Of a DNA stretch of 60,241 nucleotides, positions 53,244 through 60,241 are shown piece by piece. Numbering within the stretch: the stretch's first letter is position 1; every line of letters begins with the position of its first letter. A model generated the notes under the pieces. That model saw nothing but the letters and a program-made list of their open reading frames with translations. It ran no database searches and was not told where the DNA came from. Made by a program: the position numbers and the translations under genes. The DNA lies in NCBI GenBank assembly GCA_964642585.1, contig CAZXPB010000002.1, positions 1 through 60,241 on the forward strand, written 5' to 3'. The stretch is from an uncultured Candidatus Saccharibacteria bacterium (GTDB lineage Bacteria > Patescibacteriota > Doudnabacteria > UBA920).

Positions 53244-54971
53244 ATGCCCCCTGTAACTTCATTTTTTCAAAACTTAAAACTCATCCCTCACATCCGCCTT
53301 TCCGTGCTACGGAAGGTTTTTTCATTAATGGGGCAAGGAGAAAAAATGTTTTTCCTTGCGATGATTTTTCTGGCTTTAATTTCTGGAATTTTTTCTATTA
53401 CAAAACTTTATTCTACATACACCACTAATGCTCCCGCTCAAGGAGGTAATTACAGAGAAGGTATTATAGGGCAACCAAGATTCATCAATCCTCTGCTAGC
53501 AACAACAGACACTGACCGAGCTATTGTGAAATTAGTTTTCTCGGGGCTCTATAAGCTTGATTCTACTGGTAGCGTGGTACCTGATTTAGCAGAAAATATG
53601 CCAACAGTTTCTGAAGACAAACAACTGTACACTGTGAAATTGAAGCAAAATGCCAAATGGCACAATGGCACCCCAGTAAAAGCTGATGATGTGGTTTTTA
53701 CAATCCAAACTCTACAAAACGCCCAATACAATAGCCCGCAAAGAAGTGAGTGGCAATCTACAACAATTGAAAAAATTGATGACTACACAGTCAGTTTCAA
53801 ATTAAACTCACCTTCTGCTCCTTTTTTAAATAACTTAACCCTACCTATTATTAGTAAAGAAATCTGGCAAAATATTTCACCAGCAGATTTTGTGCTTTCT
53901 GAAAGTAACATCAAAGCAGTTGGAAGTGGTCCATACGTAATTAAAGAGGTTAGCAAACTCGCGCAAGGCACAGTGCAAAGTATTTCTTTGCAGTCGTTTT
54001 CTGACTACCACAATCGCCGCGCTTACCTAGACAATGTAAAGCTATCTTTCTATGAAAATATTGAGGGCGTGCTCACTGCAATTCATGGAAAGCAAATTGA
54101 TGGGTTTGGATTCAGTCCTTTTGATCAAAGTGTTCGATTAGATGAATCTAATAATGAATTCAAAATTACCCAACTCAACCTACCACAGTATCAGGCTGTA
54201 TTTTTCAATACTAGCACAAAACTATTTAGCGATGTAAAAGTTCGCAATGCGTTTAATTTAGGAACTGATATTCAAACTATTATTGACTCCATATACAATG
54301 GGCAAGGTTCTGCCATCAATGGGCCAATTCTAAGACAGCATGTGTCTGGTCTTGAAGATCCAAAAATAAACTACAACCTAGAAAGCGCCAAAGGGTTATT
54401 AGATTCTGCTGGCTGGAAACTAGACCCAAGCACAAACCTTCGTAAAAAAAATGGGGTAGAACTTTCTTTTACTCTCTCTACAAATAACTTCGCTCTAAAC
54501 ACAAAAACCGCAGAACTACTTGCTGGCCAGTGGGCAAAGCTTGGTGCGAAAGTAACTTTAAATATTCAACCTACCAAAGAGTTAACAGAAAATGCTATTC
54601 GCCCCCGCAAATATGACGCTCTCCTTTTTGCTCAGAAGCTTGGAGCAGACCCTGATCCATTCCCTTTTTGGCATTCAAGCCAAGTTCGAAACCCAGGTTT
54701 GAACTTGTCTATGTATGCTAATAATACTGCTGATAAATTAATCTCTGAGGCCCGCACTGCCGCGGACAAAAAAATTCGCGATGAAAAATATCGTCAATTT
54801 CAAACCGTTATTACTGCAGATGCTCCAGCGATTTTCTTAGTACAAAATGTATTCTCCTACGCAATGACCGAAGATATCCGCGGGATGTCCTTAAATAATC
54901 TTTCCGACACTACTGCCCGGTTCTATGATTTACCAAATTGGTACACTAGTACCAAGCGTGTCTTTAAATAA
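53244..54971 (+). CDS. ABC transporter substrate-binding protein, family 5 (peptide/nickel type), membrane anchored
   Basis: 575 aa with an N-terminal TM segment and SBP_bac_5-like blocks (YREGIIGQPRFINPLLA, WHNGTPVKADDVVFT, PFPFWHSSQ). The start codon is not certain. Confidence 0.8.
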   Translation: MPPVTSFFQNLKLIPHIRLSVLRKVFSLMGQGEKMFFLAMIFLALISGIFSITKLYSTYTTNAPAQGGNYREGIIGQPRFINPLLATTDTDRAIVKLVFSGLYKLDSTGSVVPDLAENMPTVSEDKQLYTVKLKQNAKWHNGTPVKADDVVFTIQTLQNAQYNSPQRSEWQSTTIEKIDDYTVSFKLNSPSAPFLNNLTLPIISKEIWQNISPADFVLSESNIKAVGSGPYVIKEVSKLAQGTVQSISLQSFSDYHNRRAYLDNVKLSFYENIEGVLTAIHGKQIDGFGFSPFDQSVRLDESNNEFKITQLNLPQYQAVFFNTSTKLFSDVKVRNAFNLGTDIQTIIDSIYNGQGSAINGPILRQHVSGLEDPKINYNLESAKGLLDSAGWKLDPSTNLRKKNGVELSFTLSTNNFALNTKTAELLAGQWAKLGAKVTLNIQPTKELTENAIRPRKYDALLFAQKLGADPDPFPFWHSSQVRNPGLNLSMYANNTADKLISEARTAADKKIRDEKYRQFQTVITADAPAIFLVQNVFSYAMTEDIRGMSLNNLSDTTARFYDLPNWYTSTKRVFK

Positions 54972-55027
54972 GGCGCAGTATAGCAGCGAATTTATCGCTT
55001 ATTTACAAGCTTTTTTTACCACCTAGT

Positions 55028-55056
55028 TTGACAGAATTGACCAGCTCTGCTATAAT
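55028..55056 (+). promoter_or_regulatory. Perfect consensus promoter TTGACA-17-TATAAT, about 265 nt upstream of rnj
   Basis: TTGACA at 55028-55033, a 17-bp spacer, TATAAT at 55051-55056. Confidence 0.7.
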
Positions 55057-55327
55057 ACTTTCACAAATTAATCGGCAGTTCCTAAATGGAAGTTTGTGTG
55101 GCTCTCCTTACAAGGCAGAGAAAACAACATAAGTTCCCATTTGGTAATTGCATATAGCCTTAATCGGCAATGCTGAAGTTTTTAAAAGGCGGCCCCGGAA
55201 GCCACTTTTAAGACTACAAAAGATATAAAAATTAATTTTAAAAAGATTTTTTGTATCCTGATTTTCATCTGTTTTTTCAGTTGATTCGGGTTCCGGAACT
55301 CCTTACAGAAAATCTTGAAAGCAACAT

Positions 55328-57157
55328 ATGATCAGAAAAACAACTGGTGATAGCACTGAAAATTTTAAGCGTCGTGTTCCTACACGTACCGCTAGCCCAA
55401 GACCATCTGCTCCAGCAGCAGCTGCTCCGCGTGCTACCCAAACCCCACGTGCAACTCTTGCCCCAACCGGCAACTCACGCGCTACCCTATCTCGCACTAC
55501 TCTTCGTGTCATTCCACTAGGTGGACTTGAGGAAGTCGGTGCAAACATGATGGCCTACGAATATGGTGATGATATTATCATCGTAGATGCAGGTTTCGCA
55601 TTCCCAGATGAAACAACTCCGGGAATCGACTACATCATTCCAGAAACTAAGTACCTTGAAGATCGCAAGAAAAATATTCGGGCTCTTTTCGTTACTCACG
55701 GACACATGGACCACATTGGTGCTATTCCCTATCTTCTAGCGAAACTAGGTGACCCACCAATTTACACCATGCCTTTGTCTGCTGGGATGATCAAAAAACG
55801 TCTTGAAGAATTTAATCTTCAAGGGCGCGTTAAACTTAATCCATTAACTTTAGACGACACTGTACCTGTGGGAAATTTCCAAGTGAAATTCTTTGCGGTA
55901 AACCACAACATCCCAGATGCAGTTGGTCTGTCTATTAACACTCCAATCGGTCAAATCATTCACACTGGTGACTGGAAGTTTGACCACACTCCAATTAATG
56001 AAAAAATTACCGAGTTCCATAAGATTGCTACCTTCGGGGGCAACGGTGTGCTCGCTCTAATGTCTGACTCAACTAACGCGTTAAAGCCTGGTTACTGTCT
56101 TTCTGAAAAAGAAATTGGTGTGAGTATTGAACGAATTTTCTCTGAAGCAAAGGGTCGAATTATTTTCGCATCCTTCTCTTCTTTGATCTCTCGTATGCAA
56201 CAAGTTCTAGACTTCTCAGCAAAACATAACCGCAAGGTGATTGTTACTGGACGATCTATGGTAAACACTTTAGAAACTGCCATTTCTATGGGCTACTTAA
56301 AAGTACTACCAAAGCTCATCATTAAGTCTGAACAAGCTGCTAAGTATCCAGATAATCAAATTACAGTGCTAACCACTGGGGCACAAGGCGAAGAAGCTTC
56401 ACAGCTAGCGCGTATGTCCCGAGGTGAACACCGTTCAATTAAGATTAAGAAAGATGATACAGTCATCATCTCCTCTTCCCCTATTCCGGGGAATGAACGC
56501 TCTATCGTTGCAGTTCTAGATAACTTAACCCGCCAAGGCGCAACAGTTATTTACAACAAGATGCTAGACATTCACACATCTGGACACGCTCAACAAGAAG
56601 AGTTGAAGTTAATGATGCAATTAACCAAGCCAAAATATTTCGTACCAATTCACGGTGAACATCACATGTTAGTGGGACACTCTAAATTAGCCCAGAGCAT
56701 TGGTATTCCCGAAAGTAATTGTTTCGTCTTAGAAAATGGATCTGTTCTAGAATTCAATGGTAATGGCGAGGGCAAAGTCCTTCCGACCAAAGTTGATTCT
56801 GGATATGTATTTGTAGATGGACTTGGTGTCGGTGATGTTGGCGAAGTGGTAATCCGTGACCGTCAACTCATGGCTCAAGATGGAATGTTTGTAATAATCT
56901 CAACAGTGGTTCGCAGCACCGGTAAATTAACCGCACCCCCTGAAATTCTCTCACGTGGTTTCGTGTATATGAAAAACAATGATGAACTCATTCGTGAAGT
57001 AAAACATGAAATTAGAAAGATGATTGAAAGTAAAGGCGGAACTGGCGAAGCCAACTATACAGACTTACGACAAGAAATCCGAGACACTATTGGAGAATAT
57101 TTATTTCAAAAGACTCAACGACGCCCAATGATCTTACCAGTGATCATTGAAGTGTAA
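55328..57157 (+). CDS. rnj: Ribonuclease J with an N-terminal ~55-aa basic Arg/Ala/Thr/Pro-rich extension
   Basis: 609 aa with a metallo-beta-lactamase HGHMDHIG motif, beta-CASP and a C-terminal domain. The extension reads KRRVPTRTASPRPSAPAAAAPRATQTPRATLAPTGNSRATL. Confidence 0.93.
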   Translation: MIRKTTGDSTENFKRRVPTRTASPRPSAPAAAAPRATQTPRATLAPTGNSRATLSRTTLRVIPLGGLEEVGANMMAYEYGDDIIIVDAGFAFPDETTPGIDYIIPETKYLEDRKKNIRALFVTHGHMDHIGAIPYLLAKLGDPPIYTMPLSAGMIKKRLEEFNLQGRVKLNPLTLDDTVPVGNFQVKFFAVNHNIPDAVGLSINTPIGQIIHTGDWKFDHTPINEKITEFHKIATFGGNGVLALMSDSTNALKPGYCLSEKEIGVSIERIFSEAKGRIIFASFSSLISRMQQVLDFSAKHNRKVIVTGRSMVNTLETAISMGYLKVLPKLIIKSEQAAKYPDNQITVLTTGAQGEEASQLARMSRGEHRSIKIKKDDTVIISSSPIPGNERSIVAVLDNLTRQGATVIYNKMLDIHTSGHAQQEELKLMMQLTKPKYFVPIHGEHHMLVGHSKLAQSIGIPESNCFVLENGSVLEFNGNGEGKVLPTKVDSGYVFVDGLGVGDVGEVVIRDRQLMAQDGMFVIISTVVRSTGKLTAPPEILSRGFVYMKNNDELIREVKHEIRKMIESKGGTGEANYTDLRQEIRDTIGEYLFQKTQRRPMILPVIIEV

Positions 57158-57160
57158 GTA

Positions 57161-57206
57161 AAAAGAGCGGCCGGCAACACAATGTGTGTTGTACCGGCCG
57201 CTTTTG
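57161..57206. terminator. Bidirectional terminator after rnj and after the small minus-strand gene
   Basis: AAAAGAGCGGCCGG ... CCGGCCGCTTTT long hairpin. Confidence 0.8.
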
Positions 57207-57243
57207 ATTTGCGCGAAATTCAGTCAAAGGCTGAATTCTCTGC

Positions 57244-57414
57244 TCAGCCCTGGACATATCTGAAATGAATTTTATCATCCAATTTTTCTGCTTCTCTGGG
57301 AGAATAGCCTGCCCCTGGGCAAGGCTTACCTGTCGTATTTTTATGGAAGAGGAACTTGCCATACAAAGACAGTTCACAAACTCGCTTACACTTCGGACAT
57401 TTTGCTGTTGCCAT
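57244..57414 (-). CDS. Small Cys-containing protein, 56 aa, below the ORF-track cutoff
   Basis: AGGAGG lies 6 nt upstream of ATG 57414. My translation is MATAKCPKCKRVCELSLYGKFLFHKNTTGKPCPGAGYSPREAEKLDDKIHFRYVQG. It is followed by two hairpins. The overlapping track ORF 57144-57377 is in another frame and lacks an RBS. Confidence 0.6.
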   Translation of the reverse strand: MATAKCPKCKRVCELSLYGKFLFHKNTTGKPCPGAGYSPREAEKLDDKIHFRYVQG

Positions 57415-57511
57415 TATTGCCTCCTATATTTTAACCAATACCCACCAAACTACCTATATTATCTACTTTTATGTTAAAATGTCAATATATAGATAAAAGA
57501 GAATCAATTTT

Positions 57512-58489
57512 ATGAAACAAGACATTATCCTTTCGGGGATTCGAGCCACTAGCAAACTCCATATTGGAAATTACTTAGGGGCTTTAAAACAATATGTTGA
57601 CCTGCAAAACGAAAGCAATGCAAATTGCTATTTTTTCATTGCTGACCTTCATGCAATCACAACCCCGTTTGAACCAAAAAAACTTCGCGAAAATACTTTA
57701 AATGTCGTTGCTGACTATCTTGCAGCTGGAATTGATCCGAAAAAATCTACCATTTTTATTCAAAGCCAAATTTTAGAACACGCTGAACTCGCTTGGATTT
57801 TTAACTGTATCACTCAACTTTCAGAACTTGAACGAATGACTCAGTACAAAGACAAAGCAAAAGAGCATAAAGAAAATATCAATGTGGGACTACTCGCCTA
57901 CCCTACTCTAATGGCGGCAGATATTCTACTATACAAACCAAGTATGGTACCTGTGGGAGACGATCAAACACAACACCTTGAACTGGCTCGTGACATTGCA
58001 CGGAAATTCAACAAAAAGTTTGGCAAAACTTTCCCTGAACCAAAAAACTTTTTACTAAAGCCTCTGCGAATTAAAAGTATCAAGAATCCAGAAAAGAAAA
58101 TGAGCAAAACTGGTGATGATCCAATTTATCTTGATGACAGTCCTGCAGAAATTCATGCAAAATTAAAGAAAGCTGTCACTGCTACATCTAATGAGGGTAG
58201 TCCTGGCGTAGATAATTTGTTTTTCTTGCTAGAACAATTTAACTCGGATGCTCAGGTTGTCGGAAGATTCCGTGCAGCGCAAAAAGATGGCACTATTAAG
58301 TATAGTGAGCTCAAAACTGTACTTGCAGATTCAATTGCAGATTACTTTGCCGATTTTCGCAAAAAGAAAAAAGAACTTCTTGCTGACAAACAGTTCCTTG
58401 CTCAAGTGTTAGCAGATGGTGCTGGCAAAGCACGCAGCATTGCTCACGAAACCCTGACTGAAGTTAAAGAAAAAATCGGATTACTTTAA
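57512..58489 (+). CDS. trpS: Tryptophan--tRNA ligase
   Basis: 325 aa. The class I HIGH-type motif is KLHIGNYLG and the KMSKS motif is KMSKT. Confidence 0.95.
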   Translation: MKQDIILSGIRATSKLHIGNYLGALKQYVDLQNESNANCYFFIADLHAITTPFEPKKLRENTLNVVADYLAAGIDPKKSTIFIQSQILEHAELAWIFNCITQLSELERMTQYKDKAKEHKENINVGLLAYPTLMAADILLYKPSMVPVGDDQTQHLELARDIARKFNKKFGKTFPEPKNFLLKPLRIKSIKNPEKKMSKTGDDPIYLDDSPAEIHAKLKKAVTATSNEGSPGVDNLFFLLEQFNSDAQVVGRFRAAQKDGTIKYSELKTVLADSIADYFADFRKKKKELLADKQFLAQVLADGAGKARSIAHETLTEVKEKIGLL

Positions 58490-58491
58490 AT

Positions 58492-58522
58492 AAAAAAACT
58501 GGCCAAACAAGGCCAGTTTTTT
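58492..58522. terminator. Bidirectional terminator between trpS and the HAD gene
   Basis: AAAAAACTGGCC-AAACAA-GGCCAGTTTTTT. Confidence 0.8.
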
Positions 58523-59318
58523 ATTTCTTTAAAACCTCGCGAATAACTTTCTTTGTTCCCTCGGGGTCTGTAACAGGAACATAATCAATCGGGGTTTTAG
58601 TAACAGCGTAATCATTCCCTCCTGGAAATATCGCGTCACCGACAAAAATCATATCCTTAATTTTTATCTTCAGATATTTTTCAATCTGTTTTAATCCGTA
58701 AGCTTTATCTATTCCTTTCTTTGTGACATCAACAGAAGTATGACCAGCCGCGCGAATTTCTAAATTAGGGAGATATTTAGACATTAATTTTGCGATCTCC
58801 ATTTTTGTAGCCGTGTGTTTATCACGCCATTCATCTTTCATCTTCAAACCTTTTTTACCTAACATCGCAACAACCTCTTGGCCTAAAGCAGAAAATGTCA
58901 CTTGGGTACCTCTATCTTCAATAACCTTGCCATAGGTTTTCTTTGGATGTTTATAACCAATTTCTTTAAAAACTTTTGCGAATGTTTTTTTAATGAGCGC
59001 TCGCTCTTCTTTAGTCAATTGATGTGAGTAAACATTTTTCCAACCACTATTATATCGATAGAATGCTGTAGCAGTTGTAGGAAATAGAAATAAATTTTTA
59101 TACAATTCTTTTGGTAGTTTCAACTGGCTCATCATTTGAGATTTAAAGAGCCCATACTTGCCCCCACCGATGACTGCTACTTTTTTGTGAGTGAGGAGCT
59201 GGGTTAATAATTGCACCATTTCTGCATCAATGACACTTTTAGATTTAGCCAATGTACCATCTAGATCGAACACTACTAATTTCTTCGGAGTCAGTTTTTT
59301 GAGATTTGTAATTTTCAT
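58521..59318 (-). CDS. HAD-IIB family hydrolase (phosphomannomutase-like fold)
   Basis: VVFDLDGTLAKSK motif I, VAVIGGG, FVGDAIFPGGNDY. The start was reset to MKITNLKK at 59318. A TGGTATAAT extended -10 lies upstream. Confidence 0.75.
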   Translation of the reverse strand: MKITNLKKLTPKKLVVFDLDGTLAKSKSVIDAEMVQLLTQLLTHKKVAVIGGGKYGLFKSQMMSQLKLPKELYKNLFLFPTTATAFYRYNSGWKNVYSHQLTKEERALIKKTFAKVFKEIGYKHPKKTYGKVIEDRGTQVTFSALGQEVVAMLGKKGLKMKDEWRDKHTATKMEIAKLMSKYLPNLEIRAAGHTSVDVTKKGIDKAYGLKQIEKYLKIKIKDMIFVGDAIFPGGNDYAVTKTPIDYVPVTDPEGTKKVIREVLKK

Positions 59319-59362
59319 AAATAAAGTTAATTCTGAATCTTTTAGGACAACTTCATTATACC

Positions 59363-59397
59363 AAAAAAAGAAGAGCCGGCGAATCAATTCGCCGGCT
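59363..59397 (-). terminator. Intrinsic terminator of the small gene at 59424-59726
   Basis: On the minus strand, AGCCGGCGAA-TTGA-TTCGCCGGCT is followed by CTTCTTTTTTT. Confidence 0.8.
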
Positions 59398-59423
59398 GGT
59401 TTGTTTACTAATCGCGAAGCAGG

Positions 59424-59726
59424 TTAAACCCCACAGATTTCGCGAAGGGACTGTTTGTCGTGATGGCCAGAGTAACCGCTGTTGGAGACGATCATGATCG
59501 CTCCTTGTTCCGGTGGTTGAGATTTGTTGAATCGCCGGCTTCGTGCCAATCTCGCATGAAGCTTGAACAAAGAATCGCCGGGGTCGAAATTACCGAGAAC
59601 GCGAACGAGATCTTTTTTGTCCTTTCCGGACAAACATTCCCGCGATTTACAAACCGCAAATTTAGGTTTTGCTATCATACCTAAATCAGTTCCAGGGTCC
59701 TTGAAAAATCCTTTCCTTCTTGCCAT
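59424..59726 (-). CDS. Hypothetical basic protein (100 aa from ATG 59726) in a GC-shifted cassette
   Basis: GC is about 28/60 and 32/60 at 59401-59520. Its own promoter is TTGACT-17-TATGAT (59785-59813). That -10 covers the track start codons at 59789/59786, so a downstream start is required. It has its own terminator. Confidence 0.5.
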   Translation of the reverse strand: MARRKGFFKDPGTDLGMIAKPKFAVCKSRECLSGKDKKDLVRVLGNFDPGDSLFKLHARLARSRRFNKSQPPEQGAIMIVSNSGYSGHHDKQSLREICGV

Positions 59727-59821
59727 AAAGTATTTTTGTTCCTCTTTTGTTGTGATGCAACCACGACAGATGGTTGAGATATACATCATAAACTAAAGTG
59801 TTTTTCCAGTCAATTTTAAAC

Positions 59822-59857
59822 AAACAAAAAGACCTCTCAAAACAGCTGAGAAGTCTC
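59822..59857 (-). terminator. Intrinsic terminator of the small gene at 59877-60065
   Basis: On the minus strand, AGACTTCTCA-GCTGTT-TTGAGAGGTCT is followed by TTTTTGTTTG. Confidence 0.7.
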
Positions 59858-59876
59858 TTTAGACCTAGTCCTGAGC

Positions 59877-60065
59877 CTATTTTTTTATGGGCGGCGATCC
59901 GGTGTTATGAATATCTGAGCGGTTCATGAAATCGTCTCGAAGCGATTGAAAACGATTCACGTTTTGTGCTCGACCTATTCGTCGATTCAAAAACCTTTCA
60001 GGAACCCTACGCACGATAACCAAATCATCCTGTTTAGACGAAACAGGTTTACTGTCGTTTGCCAT
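59877..60065 (-). CDS. Hypothetical 62-aa basic protein in a GC-shifted cassette
   Basis: The ORF starts MANDSKPVSSKQDDLVIVRRVPERFLNRRIGRAQN... and is followed by its own terminator. The SD-like AAGGAG is 16 nt from the ATG, so the start is not well supported. Confidence 0.4.
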   Translation of the reverse strand: MANDSKPVSSKQDDLVIVRRVPERFLNRRIGRAQNVNRFQSLRDDFMNRSDIHNTGSPPIKK

Positions 60066-60241
60066 ATAAGTTTTAAATGCACTCCTTTTTGTTGTAGAAG
60101 ACTAACTTGAACAGACTCAAAATATACCAAATTGATGGCAAGTTGTCTAGTGGATTTCTCATATCTTGTTTTAACGTCAAGATTCAAGTACAATATAGAC
60201 TATGTCATTTCAAATTGGTATGGAGCGAACACAACCAGACA

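Noticed and set aside
57415-57511. A T-box or other riboswitch leader upstream of trpS
   Set aside because: Only about 97 nt are available, shared with the divergent small gene. There is no specifier hairpin or T-box sequence (AAUUAGGGUGGNACCGCG-like), and no terminator/antiterminator pair.
1-60241. CRISPR arrays, IS elements or transposases, integrases, recognisable defence systems, rRNA genes, and stop-codon recoding (for example UGA read as Gly)
   Set aside because: I saw no spaced direct-repeat arrays, no transposase, integrase or Cas-like ORFs, and no rRNA-like sequence. All long conserved genes are intact under the standard code with TGA, TAA and TAG used as stops. This was a visual scan only.

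Overview
This is a 60.2-kb low-GC bacterial chromosome segment. My hand counts of ordinary coding lines give about 37-43% GC. The gene content fits a Patescibacteria/CPR-like reduced genome, but that placement is inference only. Supporting features are a lamin-tail-domain surface protein, a giant LamG/Fn3 surface protein, ComEC plus DprA, a standalone nucleotidyltransferase, an orphan solute-binding protein and almost no biosynthetic genes.

I can support about 55 protein genes, nearly all housekeeping:
- Heat shock: an HrcA/CIRCE regulon (groES-groEL; hrcA-grpE-DUF3467-dnaK ... dnaJ).
- Cell division: ftsA-ftsZ.
- DNA repair and topology: uvrA, uvrC, mutM, topA, dprA, comEC.
- Translation: hisS, trpS, pth, der, rpsU, rpmF.
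- Others: rel, ndk, rnj, secG, lepB, an LCP protein and CapA.

There are three canonical tRNAs: Pro-UGG, Gly-UCC and Lys-UUU. Two real small genes fall below the ORF-track cutoff: rpmF, and a 56-aa Cys-containing protein. A large 5'-complete CDS at 1-2479 runs off the window edge. I saw no CRISPR array, IS element, integrase or recognisable defence system.

The non-routine content is:
1. A 72-nt tmRNA-TLD-like RNA (G3-U70, T arm, encoded CCA, no anticodon arm) downstream of a truncated Rel. It is followed by a separately promoted ~70-nt RNA that is 15-nt complementary to it.
2. A 660-aa fusion of GTP cyclohydrolase II, a TrpF-like barrel and a methyltransferase.
3. Three GC-enriched orphan transcription units with near-consensus promoters and intrinsic terminators (30581-30785 minus, 41817-42192 plus inside the dnaK-dnaJ spacer, 52298-52912 plus). 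I could not assign any of them to a known RNA family.
4. A catalytically degenerate HisRS paralog next to a HIT protein.
5. A frameshifted RND transporter.
6. A GC-shifted block of stand-alone small-gene cassettes at the right edge.

All RNA-family and domain calls were made by eye. They need Infernal/HMM confirmation.
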